This document shows positions 22,393-35,465 of a stretch of DNA of 64,000 nucleotides, piece after piece. How positions within the stretch are numbered: position 1 is the first letter of the stretch; each line of letters begins with the position of its first letter. The DNA comes from Octopus sinensis (taxonomy: Eukaryota). The stretch is taken from NCBI RefSeq assembly GCF_006345805.1, contig NC_042998.1, positions 178,870,001 to 178,934,000 of the forward strand. Reading direction: 5' to 3'. The translations under genes were made by a program, and so were the position numbers. Under the pieces are notes generated by a model. That model had not been told where the DNA came from and ran no database searches. It saw nothing but the letters and a program-made list of their open reading frames with translations.

Positions 22393-22559
22393 TTTTTAAT
22401 TAAAATGCGACAACCCTACTAATGTTAGCTATGTAATAACAATAGCCATTGTAGTAATGTTATTTGAGTCATCTTATCAGTTTTAATACTTAGCTTATAT
22501 AATAACTAGCTTATATAATAACTAGCTTATATAATAATTGTGATAATAATTACCTTGTT

Positions 22560-22935
22560 ACCACTAGAATGTGCAGGTGTCATAACATAGATGCCTGTCT
22601 GCTTAATAATACCTGTTTGGGTAGTCATACAGTTTACGAGTGTGATATCATTACTCATGCTAAAACCTTAACCTATATTGATGCAACATGTCACAACTTC
22701 AAATTCAGATTGCGTAACATCTTTCATTATTTTGATATCACTATAAAGCTTGTGTGACAGCCCTAGCAGAAAAAGTGTGGTAATTAATAGATAATAATAC
22801 TCAGTTTGAAATTGCCTGAAGTATAGTTTAGAAGCATTGCCATAATTAAATAGCAGGAATAGCTGTATGCTGTACATGAAATATTAAAATATCCAGGTAA
22901 CCTGCTGAATAAGCGATGTGAATTTTGCATTATGA
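22560..22935 (+). pseudogene. PLE GIY-YIG remnant
   Basis: CRC...ACLLNNTCL..TVYEC..TYIDAT..FKFRLRN ... NLLNKRCEF. Confidence 0.75.
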
Positions 22936-23134
22936 TAAAAAGACATTCACTTACTTCAAACCTGTTATGTAATGTCTACAGATACCAAACTGTCTATTTC
23001 TGACAGAGATTGATTCAGTTAGTTCTGTAATCCTTTAACCCATATTGAACTTGTGTTACTATTAGTGTTATACTGTTATATGTGCTTAATATAATTATGA
23101 TATAATTTACAACCTCATTCTGGATATAACTTCC

Positions 23135-23550
23135 CTCTCTCATGAAGACAAAGAAAGTCCCCGGCCCATCAGGAATCACCGCAGAGATGCTCAAAATATC
23201 TGGCAGTGTCTGTTATAGCCAAATCAGCCATATAGTTAACCAGGTAATACATGAAGGAGTCATATCCAATGACTGGTGTAGCAGCACCATAGTCAACTGC
23301 TACAAAGGTAAAGGTGACACTTTAGATACAAATAATTATAGAGGTATCAAGTTGTTGGATCAGGTAATAAAGGTCACAGAGAGGGTCATAGCCCAACTAA
23401 TTAGGGTGAGAGTCGGTCTAGATGAGATGCAGTTTGGGTTCATGCCAGGGAAAAGCACCACTGATGCTATATTTCTGGTAAGACAGCTGCAGGAGAAATA
23501 CCAAGCCAAAGATAAACCTCTGTACCTGGCTTTCATTGGCATGAAGCCTT
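23135..23550 (+). mobile_element. RTE RT internal fragment
   Basis: GPSGITAEMLK...QFGFMPGKSTTDAIF, closely matching the element at 8094. Confidence 0.9.
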
Positions 23551-23864
23551 TGACAGTGATGGGTATGTGATCATGAGACCAAAGTTGGTTATGTATTCAT
23601 ATTTAGGTGTGTTCTGTATTTTTCAGTAAATAAATTTACTTTATTTAAACATTCTTGTACAGAAATTGTTTCTTTGCACTGGTAGATGGGGAAAACTGAA
23701 GTTTAGTTGGATATTACCTGCACATCTCTCTATGTGTACACTCAAATGAATCTGACATGTAGCATGGCTGTTCATACACATGCATCATACGGTCTACCTT
23801 TTACTCTGAGCGAGAGGCCCTTTGTCACCAGCAGAGGTAAGAGTCCTCTGAACTTTGCCCAGGC

Positions 23865-23898
<34 letters not shown>

Positions 23899-24169
23899 CA
23901 GTAATGCCTCATTATATGAGTTAATTTGTTCCCAGAGACCTCATGTAAAGTGAAAACTCGTAAACCAGTGCAATCATTTCCCGTAGTGGTAATGAAATTT
24001 TATGCTGTAATTTTACTCCATTGTTGTCTAGATGCATCAGAATCAGTGTTGCTAAATGTGACATTGCCACACACAAAATGGCTGTTAAAGCTTTTTATAT
24101 TTATTATAAAATAAAACTCGTAAAGTGGGGGTCTCGTAAAGCAAGTCCCCGTAAAGTGAGGTATTACTG
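23899..24169. mobile_element. Tc1/mariner-superfamily (pogo/Tigger-like) MITE
   Basis: TA|cagtaatgcctcatt ... agtgaggtattactg|TA (13 of 15 matching). Confidence 0.8.
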
Positions 24170-24173
24170 TAAA

Positions 24174-24208
<35 letters not shown>

Positions 24209-24218
24209 ATATATATAT

Positions 24219-25151
24219 TGTTATGGGGGTCAATTCGGGAAACAAATGCTTTGACCTACTTTGCTCGTTGTAGTCTGAAATACAAAGTTATTGTCCTTTG
24301 TTCCGTCAGATTCTGGAAGGATTAATGAGTTTTGAGGAGACCTTTGGCCTTGTGCCAGTCAAAGAAAGTTCGAGGAAGCTACCCTTTAAAAAGCGAACGA
24401 GCTGTGAGTTTAGGACAGTCGGCCGGCAATTCTGGCCAGAGGCGGGAGTGATACGAAGGCGGTCAGTTGAGAAAGACAGACAGACAATGTGAGGGATGAC
24501 AAGCGAGAGAATGACAGTGAATGTGAAAGAGGAAGACAGACAGATAGGATTAGGGAGCTAAGAGAGAGGGACTACGGTATGAGGGCACTGGCTGTTGTGT
24601 AACGGTATATGTTTATTTATGTTTTGATATGTGTTAAAGAAGGAAAAAGAATTGATGTGAAATGTAAAAAAAAAAGAATTGATGTGTTAAAAAAAGAGAA
24701 AGAAGGAAAGAGGAAAAAGAAAGAACTGTGTAAAGACATGGTGAAAAAAAGAGTTGTTGAAAAGAAAGAAAGAAGGAGAAAGACTCTAATGTTTTGAACT
24801 GTTTCGTTAATGTAGAGCTGATTTGTCTCTGGACTGTGTATTGTATATGCATGCTGTTGATTTTGTTGCTTGTATTTTCTTTGATGTATTTGATGTAATA
24901 ATTGTTATAAACTGTTCTTAAATGTAAGCTACTGCCTTCCGCCGTCTCTCTCTGTGTCTCTTCCTGTTGTTTGTTGTTGTTATCTCCGGTCGCCGGTTGC
25001 CAAGTTCGCTGCCGCCCTCCCCCGCCGAATTCTCTCTCTCTGAGTCCGTGGCGAGTTCACCAGTCGATCGGGCCGGTAAATCGTCGTCGCTCGACTTGGT
25101 AGGGTCCCGGGTTTTCCGAAGAGTTTGAGCGACGGCAGGTGATTAGTAACA
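24219..25151. mobile_element. Solo LTR (933 bp)
   Basis: tgtta...taaca termini, atat 4-bp TSD, CpG-rich body, no internal domain. Confidence 0.7.
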
Positions 25152-25157
25152 ATATGA

Positions 25158-25206
<49 letters not shown>

Positions 25207-25216
25207 CATATATATA

Positions 25217-25522
25217 TCATGTGACACATGACTGACCAGGCTATCAGATGTTGCTACACATTGCTGGTCACAATGTGCTTCGCATTGTTTTAGCCTTCAA
25301 ATGACGCCACCCCGCTGGTTAAGCGAGCAGGCCAACAGAAGAAAGAGGGAGAGAAAGTTGTGGCGAAAGAGTACAGCAGGGATTGCCACCACCCCCTACT
25401 GGAGCCTCGTGGAGCTTTAGGTGTTTCTGCTCAATAAACACTGACAACGTCTGGTCTGGCAATTGAAACTACGATCCTACGACCACGAGTCCACTGCCCT
25501 CACCATTGAGCCATTGCGCCTC

Positions 25523-25524
<2 letters not shown>
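25217..25524 (-). mobile_element. tRNA-derived SINE (third family)
   Basis: Head gcgcaatggctcaatggtgagggcagtggactc; CORE-like ttgagcagaaacacct; related to 50790-50993. Confidence 0.75.
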
Positions 25525-25557
<33 letters not shown>

Positions 25558-25971
25558 CAGTTTAAAACATACATTAAATGCACAAACAAATGGGAGACAG
25601 ATACAGAAGTTCACCAAATCCTCATCACTTATTGGCCAGAGGGTCAAATTTCGTACCTTAACGATAATTAGGAAATTTACAGAGAAGAGGTGTTGTGAGT
25701 GCTGTGAAAAATTGAAACATGAAAAAGAAATCCACGGGAGGAATGTAAAGGGTAATTTCTTCAAGAATTATGCCCCTTAGAGAAGGCTCAGTCCTTCACG
25801 GTGTAGACTAAATTTTGAATTTAGTTTTAATTATAAAATTACGTCTCTCAACAGATAAAAGCAATTTTCTTTTAGGTTTAGAGTTATTGCATATACGTTC
25901 AAATGTTTTTCGCCAAATCGAACCGTTTCTTTCTGTATTTTACGTCGTTCTGTCAAGCACATGAAATTACA

Positions 25972-26848
25972 ATAGGGAAATGGGGCAAAATGAGTAATTT
26001 CCAATTTTTTGTTATTCCTTCCCTGCTTGTTCGAAATACATTGTAAATGTTGCATTTCCATTTTATACCATTGTGTCATGTTTTGGGAGTAGAAGTTGGT
26101 CAGTATAGTCGTTGTTGATGTTGAGAGAGTTTGAAACTTAAGTAACAGGGGCTTTTTTTTTTTTGGAAATTTTTTCATCATTATAATTGAGGCAGCTAAC
26201 AAAATATCTGGATAATTTTTGGTGCTTAACTATCGAAATTCTTGCCTCTGTAGGATTCCACGTCAATTTTTTCCCACCACATTAATATCTGAATTGATAA
26301 TTTTTAAGTTAAAAAAAAAAAAAAGTCTAAACCGGGGCAAAATGAGTAATGACTAATTCTAACAATTTCTTCTTATTAACTGCACGGTGCATAAATGTAC
26401 ATGGAATACTGCCACTCTAACAGATCGTGAAGAAGCTATAGAGAATATTTTATGTTGAATTTTTAGATTTAATTGAGATTTGTTAATTACATATCGTGCT
26501 ATTTTCCTATGATCCTGTTTCATTTGACCAAAATATTTAAATTTTTTGCTGCATTTCTGATGTCTGAGGATGAATATTTATGTGTATCAGTCTTTTTTTC
26601 AAATGTAATTGTGGAGAATTGAAGAAGAAAATTTACATTATCTTGTCTTTGCCCCATCAAATTTTATATGCTCAAAGAGAATGATCATTTTCTGAAACAA
26701 TGATCTGAATGTTATAGTGTTTTTATTACATTTAGAGGTCTTTGCTTAGCTGATATAAATTTTGTAAGGTAGTGAACATTTGTAAATTTTGTTTTCAGAG
26801 TCAAAATTGCAGTAAATATTACTCATTATGCCCCATCTATTCCCCCAC
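25972..26848. mobile_element. Probable non-autonomous DNA transposon
   Basis: Repeated ggggcaaaatgagtaa motifs at about 25983 and 26333, with inverted ttactcattatgcccc at about 26820. Confidence 0.45.
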
Positions 26849-28838
26849 CACTGGAAACTGGGAAAGCAGACTTTTGGACTATCCCATATAAGTTTGAATT
26901 TCCCTTTTTGGACTATCCCATATAAGTTTGAATTTCCCTTTTTGTCAGAATATTTCTCCCTTTTTTTTAAGCATTGCAAAACAATGAAGGGAAGCCTTTT
27001 AATAATTTTAAAATCCTTGTCTTTTAAATGTTGGTATCTCTTACCCACCCACCTACCCACACACATCATGCCTTTGGAACAGCAACAACCACTAAAATGA
27101 TTTTCTTTTTCGTAATTTTCTCTCTTTTTAATCCTATACCACATTCTGAAATTTGTAAATTGCATTAAAAATTTTTTAAATTAAAAAATAAAAAAATTTT
27201 TAAATCCTCTTCCCTCCATTGTATTTTTTTAACAACGAATAGAAAATCCAAACAAATGGATGTGTAAAAAAAGGAAATTTGAATTTTGAAAAGTATGTCT
27301 TTATAAAACGACATTTTTAGTCTTTTATTTAAACTTTCTCTGCTAACTATTCAAATTCAATTACATGACATAAGTTTTGAGATTTAAATTTGATAAATTT
27401 CCAAGATTTTAATTCTTGTGTATGAGGGGCCCACCGAAGTTGAAGTACCTTGCTCATCCTTACCCATTGTTTAAATTCGGTCCTATGTGCTTGCGTTGAT
27501 TTTCTTGATCTATATAATACTACAGTCGATTAAATATGAATCGATTGATGCGCAGAATTAACACATCAACATATTACGACACACTTGCTGATCTGAAATG
27601 TGCGTAAGCAAATTATGGATTATAAATTATGTATTAAAATATATATAATTCTCCATCCTTCTTTGCGTTTTATACTATACTTTGACATCTTCAGAAGTGA
27701 ACTTTGGAGTTTCTAATCGAATAGGCACAAGTCTAATCGTATAGCTCATTGGTTATACAATGATTACCAATTATCGATCTTATAGGCTAAGTTGTGTTAC
27801 TACAAAGTCCTCAAAAAAGTATCACCTGGTTTTTACTATTACTATTCTTTGCACATACACACATACATATGAGTATGCATATGTATATATGTGATGAACT
27901 TCCTGATAGTCTTCGTCGACTAAATTTTACAGAGCTATTAGTAACCTTCGTTTGATGTCCCGATTCATACCTGAATTCATAAACACACAGCATGCACACA
28001 CACATACGTTATAATGGTCCAATGCACTGCTTCTGCCTAGCAAATTTAATTGCGGAAGCTACGGTGCAGGACATAGGATCGATACCAGATCCAATCTGTT
28101 GCATAGCAAATTACTTACCATGCAGCTAAGCTTGCGCTCGAAAGTACTGAAATATCAATCTGTCAATAATATTGTTTTACATCACTGCATATTTATTTCC
28201 AGTTAGCTTCTTTCATTAAATGCTAAATTTGTTTTTAATTATTGCTTTTCATTTGACTGGCGTCTCTGAAAAATAATGGGTAAATGTCGCAAATTTGACA
28301 GTTTTATAGCAATTCTAGGCAATTGTTTTGGTTTGAAACTAGAAGTATCTTCTATAGGAAAACTTCTGTATTACTCTTAGCGGCATTTCATCCGCCTTCA
28401 CATTGCGAATTCAAATTACACTGAGGTCGACTTTGCTTTTCATTTTTTCGGGATCAATAAAATCCCTACCAGTCAAGCACTGAGGTCAGGGAAATCGATT
28501 TAATTCCTTCCGAAACTGCTAGCCTTGCGCAAAAAAAATCTGAAATCAATATTCATTTTTAACATCGTCCCAATGTAACTCAGAGGTTGAAATCGATTAA
28601 TAGATGCAAGGGAGATTACTGCGCAAGCTTTGCCTACATTCACTTTTGCGCCTATACTCTACAACTATTTTATAAGATTTTCAACAGGTTACTTAATACA
28701 TTCTTCTGTCTAGTCCTACAATCTACTATCGTATTTATGTGACCCTTTTAAAAGTTCAACTATTACATGCCTTTGTTCTTTTGATTTCTTCTCTTTCTCA
28801 CTCATGTGCTTTGTTTACTATTTTTAAAGAGCAAAATC

Positions 28839-29293
28839 GGTAAATTTTGTTCCTTCTTTCACCCGCACGATTTTCATTAAGAAAGAAAAAAAAAACCCTC
28901 GGATTTTTTGTGTGGAATCAAGTACCTCCTAATATGCTAATGCAGATTCGCACCTCCACTTCAAAAATGCATTTTTCTGAAAAAGTTTATTCCGACACGT
29001 AAAACCCAGGAATCCAAATAAACTTTTTCAGAAAAATGCATTTTTCTAGGTGAGGTGGCAATCTGCATTAGCTCCCTCCCCTGGAATTGTGCTTATTTAG
29101 TCGCAAAATGCAGCTGGTCTGAGAATAGGAAATAGGGTGGGTGGGGTGGGTCTGTTCCCCCCGTCTTTTTTTTCGAACAAAAATAAGGGGTTTGCAGTAT
29201 ATTAGGAAGTCAGGATACTTGATTCCACGTAAAAAGTCCGGTATTTTTTTTTTCATAATAAAAATCGTGCGGGTGAAAGGATCAAATAATACC
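28839..29293. mobile_element. Merlin-type MITE with long TIRs and an internal hairpin
   Basis: GGTA...TACC ends, perfect 8-bp TSD gcaaaatc, imperfect TIRs of about 85 bp, internal palindrome 28936-29072. Confidence 0.8.
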
Positions 29294-30089
29294 GCAAAAT
29301 CAGTAGAGCAATGGACAAATACCTCGTAGTATTTACTTTTGACCATTTGCGTTTTGAATTCAGTTCGAATGCAGTTTCGCTTTTCGTTCAACAAAACCTT
29401 TTAGCTTTACACACCTACAATAGCTATACATATGTAAGGAGCCCTTAAGTGATCACCCGAGATGCTAGTAACAGCGGCTAAATACCCACCGTTTGAAAAA
29501 GAGCGAGGACATTAGATATTTTGTAGTCTAGATACACGATGTCGGCAAAAATAAATAAAATGGAATTTTTAAAAAAATGAAGGCGAAATGGTCATAGCTG
29601 GAAAACATTTGGTCATAAATCTGCTCATTCGGATCTTGGTCTAAGAGTAACAACAAAAGCACCACGTAAAGAAGCTTGTAATATCACTTGAACACTTATA
29701 ACAAAATAAAGAACAAGGCACTTATGCTGCACCTCCTATTTTAAAAATATTTAAATCCAAGATTAAAACATAAATAAATTATTAGGGACATTTTAAAAAC
29801 CCAACTAAATGGCTCTGATGCTGTTGCTGTTTATCTCTCTAATCGAGCTGATTCAGGATAAACATTACCATCCCGTCTTTTCTTGTATATACAGTGACTA
29901 TATTCTCGATTGTGACTCTAAATTATTTAAAAGGTGTTGTGACTGTGCCACTAAGTCCATCAAAGTTGTTCCCCTTGGCATATGGAAACCGAAAATCAGG
30001 TCAAATGAAAAACTATCCTATCTACAAATTGCATAGAATTGGACTCTTCGCTTTCCGTTCTTATAACGTCAAATATATATACACTTTTG

Positions 30090-30537
30090 AAGGCGACGAG
30101 CTGGCAGAAACATTAGCACGCCGGGCAAAATGCGTAGCCGTATTTCGTCTGCCGTTACATTCTGAGTTCAAATTCCACCGAGGTTGACTTTCATCCTTTC
30201 GGGGGTCGATAAGTTAAGGACCAGTTACGCACTGGGGTCGATGTAATCGACTTAATCCCTTTGTCTGTCCTTGTTTGTCCCCTCTGTGTTTAACCCCTTG
30301 TGGGTAGTAAGGAAATAAGAAATGTTAGCAAGCCGGGCGAAATGCTTTGCCGTATTTCTTCTGCCGTTACGTTCTGAGTTCAAATAACACCGAGGTCGAC
30401 TTTACCTTTCATCCTTTTGGGGTCGATAAATTAAGTACCAGTTATGCACTGGGGTCGATGTAATCGACTTAATCCATTTGTCTGTCCTTGTTTGTCCCCT
30501 CTGTGTTTAGCCCCTTGTGGGTAGTAAAGAAACAGAT
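30090..30537 (+). mobile_element. Two tandem Nin/Deu-domain SINE copies
   Basis: gagttcaaattcc..gaggtcgactttgcctttcatcctttcggggtcgataaattaagtaccag motif occurs twice. Confidence 0.9.
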
Positions 30538-30988
30538 ATATACATTTATGAATCTCCATGTAAGAGGTTAAGGACGCTTGAAGTCTATTCATATACAGGT
30601 ATCCAGTTTAGAAATTCACATTATGTTTGGAGTGGGTAACGATACTATGATATATAATAAATAGTCTGCTAAATCATCAACACATCAGACCGAATAATGA
30701 AACCTGGAACTATCCCTTGTGCACTCATCTATTCATCGATATCATTGTTTAAATATCGACTTTTCCATGTTCACATGGGTCAGAGAGAATTTGTTGAAGC
30801 AGATTTTCTATGACTGAACGAACTTGCTATCACCAACCCTCATCTGTTTCCGAGCAATATTTTCCTGTGACCAGACACGTTTTGGCAGAATGAGTGCCTG
30901 CTTGAGTGGCAGGCACTCATTCACAACTATCACGTAATGTCAGGAAAGGAAACAGGCATACGCACACTTATACACACAAGCATGCATA

Positions 30989-31760
30989 CAAGGGGGTGCC
31001 AAAAAGTTCCTGGCTTTGGGAAAAAGAAAATACAGGAGGATCAATTAATTACTCTTTTACTTGTTTCAGTCATTTGACTGCGGCCATGCTGGAGCACCGC
31101 CTTTAGTCGAGCAAATCGACCCCAGGACTTATTCTTTGTAAGCCTAGTACTTATTCTATCGGGCTCCTTTTACCGAACCACTAAGTTGTGGGGACGTAAA
31201 CACATCAGCATCGGTTGTCAAGCGATGCTGGAGAGACAAACACAGACACGCAAACATATACACACATATACATATATACGTCGGGGTTCTTTCAGTTTCC
31301 GTCTACCAAATCCACTCACAAGGCTTTGGATGGCTCGAGGCTATAGTAGAAAGCACTTGGCCAAGGTGCCATGCAGTGGGACTGAACCCGGAACTATGTG
31401 GCTCGTACCACACATTCATTCAACATATTCCCTTCTCAGATTCACTCATTTATTGCAGCAGTCCTTCAATTTTTCTAAGCCCTGTAAAAAGAATTCAGAA
31501 GGTTGGGTTTCCAACCAGGCTTCTGTAGCAGCTATTACTTTTGACTTGGAGTGAAATTTCGTTCCCTTGAGATGTTTCTTCAGTTGTGGAAAGAGGTGAT
31601 TGCCGGTGGGGGGCCAAGTCAGGAGAGAAAAGTGGATGATCTAATAATTCAAAACCAAAATCGTGCATTTTCCATAGAGTTTCAAGTCCTGTGTGTGCTG
31701 GTGCATTGTCCTGTAAAAACAGGATGCCATGGCTCATCTTTCCACAGCATTTCTGCATGC
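30989..31760 (-). mobile_element. Mariner transposon 3' fragment with nested SINE
   Basis: LFLQDNAPAH..HPLFSPDLAP..F.QLKKHLKG; TA|caagggggtgccaaaaagttcc terminal repeat. Confidence 0.9.
31052..31412 (-). mobile_element. CORE-type SINE inserted in the mariner element
   Basis: Same family as 12798-13186, head truncated. Confidence 0.85.
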
Positions 31761-31807
31761 ATGCATACATACATAGATACATGCATACATACATACATAC
31801 ACACGCT

Positions 31808-32270
31808 GAAGATCAGTGAAAACGAGAAAACCTAGGCTGAACTATTGAGAAATCTGCAGTTACTCTTTCAATATTGCAAGTTAAGTTCATACCTGTAATA
31901 ATTGGGGCCCTGGGATATGTAACACACTGCCTACATACCAATCTTGAGAAATTAGGCTTCTTAAAACCAGAAGGGTGAAAGCTAATTTGAAGACTACAGT
32001 TCCAATCCATCACTGGAACTGTATAAATCTGTAAAACTTTCTAGAAGTTTATCATTTAGATATATATAAGCATGTCTAGATATGCAACCATATGCATGAC
32101 AATGCATATATAAAGAAACATACAAATCTGCACATATACATACATACAAACAAAAATACTCTGTTGTTGAGGTTGAAATTCCAATGAAGCAGCCTTGGAT
32201 CTAGGTTAGAAACCGGCTCTTACTCTATTGGTTAGACACCTTGAAATAAAACTGAACAATGACATAGATA
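31808..32270 (+). mobile_element. R4/Dong-like RLE non-LTR retrotransposon 3' end
   Basis: ELLRNLQLL..FIPVIIGALGYVT..LEKLGF..RLQ.QSITGT C-terminal motif; flanked by (CATA)n-like repeats. Confidence 0.75.
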
Positions 32271-32984
32271 GACAGACAGGGTTCTTTGAGTTTCTGTCTA
32301 CCATATCCACTCATAAAGCTTTGATTGGCCTGGGACTTCAGTAGGACTAATCACAAAACCATGTGGTTGGGAAGCAAACTTCTTAAAACGAAAGCAAGGA
32401 AGGTAAGGGCTTTGAGTTTTAGCTCTATCTTAACATCAAAGACACTTTTGCTCAGAGGAGTCCAGGGAAAAAGGTCTCAAAAGAACTTCAATAAATAGCA
32501 TTTTTTCAGTTTCATTAAATCTTTTGTTTTATTTTTTTTACAGACATGTAATGTCATTGGATAAATTATGTTGTGAAGAATTCATGGATTGCCAGTTTGA
32601 TTTTATTTCTGCCCACTGTTAAAAAGTTCCTAAGTCACATTGATTTTAATGTGATTTAAGTATTTTTAGAGCTAGATCCTTCAACTCTCTTCTGTAAAGT
32701 TTTGAGTTTTTTAATGTAGCTACTGTATGCAGACATAAACATAGTGTTAAAGTGAGATAGTTAGATGAAACGAGAAACTTTCAAGTGAAGTGAGAAACTG
32801 TATTGCCTCCTCAAGTTCAAAATCTGCTGAGGTAGACTCTTTGCATTCTTTCATTCCAGGGTTGAATAAATAACATAGACAAATATAGGTATACCAAGTA
32901 CCATACAATATAAATTCTTAATTTATTAAAATGATGTCTGCCACTGGAGGATGTGTCATCATCATCATCATAATTACCAAATGG

Positions 32985-34211
32985 CACTCAAGAACCAGCT
33001 CCACATAAGAAGGAGAAATAATCTTAAGAATCAAGAATTCCCCCAAGTTGACATGCCATTAAGTGAAAGGACATAGTTATTATCTGGAAAGTCCCTCTTA
33101 TAGATTCCTGTCATCCCTCCAATACTTTGACAATCTAATCTTCAGGAAAATCAAATGCTTGGTCAATGTCAAATTCTTCCCAGACTCCTGCGACCAAGCT
33201 GGTTTACCCAAACGGTTTCGGGATCTAGGTCTGCACAAGTGCTCATCTTTATCTCTTCCCTGTTTTCTTTCCTCCACAGACACTTGCTCTCCTTTGGTAG
33301 GCAACATCCTCTCCAACATGGATTAATTCCAATAGAGAAATGGCTGAAGCTCTATCACAATAGGGAGAGCTGGGTTTGTCAGTTCTGGTTACAGTTACAG
33401 GATAGATGGAAACAGAGAATATGGGACAATCTGCATTCAGGTGCCTCTGATCAATCTGATCAATTTTCAAGGTGTTGCCTACTTTCAGCTAGTGCAAAAT
33501 TCTCAGGGGACTGGATTGATGCCCTGCCTGTGGCCAACATCGGAGGTCTACTCAATCCAGATGAATTCTGTACCACCATCACACTCAGAGTAGGAGTTGA
33601 TGTCTGTAGGGAACTGAGGTGCCACTGTGGTAGGCCCCTCGACTCTACAGATTTTCCCGGTTTGTCTTGCTGCCTAAATGCTGGTTACTTCACTCGTCAC
33701 ACTAAGCTAAACCTAATCATTAAGTGGGCCCTGGTTCAGATTGATATCCTCTCAGTTCTGGAGCCATTGGGGTTATCCAGAAGTGATGGAAAAAGACCAG
33801 GTGGTCTTACCCTCTCTCCCCTGGGTTAGAGGTAGGTGCCTTATTTGGGACACCACAGTCTGTGACTCCTTTGTTTCCTCCCACATCTTGGATGCTGCAG
33901 TTAATTGGAGGGTCACTGCTTCTGTAGCCAAAAGGAAGAAAACCCTGAAGTATTGAGATCTGACAGTGAACTATCTCTTCCAGCCTGTGGCGTTTGAGAC
34001 ATTCAGAGGGACTGAGCCACTAACTGCAAAGTTCTTGTCAACATTGGCAGCTTGTCTCACCGAGGTGTCAAGTGATGTCCATGAGGGTGCTTGGCTTTCC
34101 CAATGCCTCAGCCTTGTAATGCTATCAGCATGCTGGCTTGCTCCAGTAGGTTCCATCAAACCTTGTGGTGTGTGAACAGTTGCTGTGATAAAAAAAAAAA
34201 AAAAAAAAAAA
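32985..34211 (+). mobile_element. CRE-clade non-LTR retrotransposon 3' portion with poly(A) tail
   Basis: QAGLP.R..LG; SGDWIDALP; C.C....H..SC zinc knuckle; DGKRP.GLTL.PW.RG..LIWD.TV.D..KY..L..Y.FQPVAFET (RLE); A21 tail. Confidence 0.9.
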
Positions 34212-34364
34212 GAATTCTTACAAACGGCTTCAATACAGTTAATTTAACATAAAGATTTGGAAGAATTAGATGAAAGTTCGCCAGTAATTTTCTTTCATGT
34301 AAATAAATGTTTATGTTAATTTTAAAATTTGCCAGCAAAATCTTCTAAAAGATGTATATATTTA

Positions 34365-34748
34365 CTAGCAGTATTGCCCGGCGTTGCTCGGATTTGTAAG
34401 GGAAATAACTATATAAGCATTTTTATTGAGTTATAGCAAAAAATGCATTAAAAATGGAATAAAAAATGATGATAATTTTTTTTTTAATCGTTGACTCATC
34501 GTAGACGTTTTTAGAGAGTTACTTCCCTTATATAATAGCGAAAAAATGCATTAAAATGGAAAAAATGATGGTAAATTTTTTTTTAATCGTAGACTCATCG
34601 TAGACGCGCGCTAATACCCAGAAGGGCTCGATATGAATCACGACTATAAGATACCCGGTTTTGGTTAAACTGCACCGCAAAATGTGGGAGTAGTTAGGAA
34701 TCTAAATCGTAGGAGACAGACACACAACTTCACTTTTATATATAAAGA
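34365..34748 (-). mobile_element. Non-autonomous Helitron
   Basis: A|TC 5' end, 3' hairpin plus CTAG|T, no TSD, internal subrepeat of about 95 bp. Confidence 0.85.
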
Positions 34749-34997
34749 TATGTCATGAAAATAAGAAGACAGTAATGGCCACACATTTTTGTTTCTCTAG
34801 ACGTCATCAGCATGACAATTATCCTATGTTAGCTGCAGTAGCCAAGGAACAGAAACATGCATAAAGAGAGTAAGACACATTCATGTCCCAGATAATTTGC
34901 CTAATTTAAACAAATATGAGCAAAGAGAAATAACCCAAACTGGGCAGTGACATGCCTGTGAATATCATATACAAACACACATATATATATATTTTTT

Positions 34998-35155
34998 TAA
35001 TAATAATAATTGTGTACAGTGCTCTGGTGCACTACAACTCATCTAAAGTGTATATATAATCAGGTGTAGTTTCGGCGGATTTCGGAAAGCATGAGGGCCT
35101 TAAAGGATGCAGTGTCATGGCAGTCAACAACTGACGCAGACAGTTTATTCCATGC
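34998..35155 (-). mobile_element. CR1/L2-like LINE 3' end
   Basis: Reverse-complement homologue of 22150-22392. Confidence 0.7.
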
Positions 35156-35228
35156 TTCAGCAACTCTGAGCGTGAAAAAATGTCAAAAGCCATACAACAT
35201 AAATTATTGATTTATTAAAATTATCTAA

Positions 35229-35465
35229 AGGCGGCGAGCTGGCAGAAACGTTAGCACGCCGGGCGAAATGCGTAGCCGTATTTCGTCTGCCGTTACGTTC
35301 TGAGTTCAAATTCAGCCGAGGTCGACTTTGCCTTTCATCCTTTCGGGGTCGATTAAATAAGTACCAGTTACGCACTAGGGATCGATGTAATCGACTTAAT
35401 CCGTTTGTCTGTCCTTGTTTGTCCCCTCTGTGTTTAGCCCCTTGTGGGTAGTAAAGAAATAGGTA
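35229..35465 (+). mobile_element. Nin/Deu-domain SINE, full length
   Basis: ggcggcgagctggcagaaacgttagc head, B-box gagttcaaattc, Nin-like core. Confidence 0.9.

Noticed and set aside
28113-28121. ATG|gtaagt start-codon exon on the minus strand
   Set aside because: It lies in a decayed SINE head (gctgtgtggtaagtagcttgct-like), which supplies the motif.
32183-32222. Hammerhead-like ccaatgaag...ggttagaaaccgg (also at about 14480-14515)
   Set aside because: The core lacks CUGA in both copies, there is no convincing stem I, and it belongs to the R4/Dong 3'UTR.
32544-32622. Strong plus-strand acceptor followed by HVMSLDKLCCEEFMDCQFDFISAHC*
   Set aside because: No compatible upstream exon or homology could be identified, and such acceptors are common in T-rich DNA.
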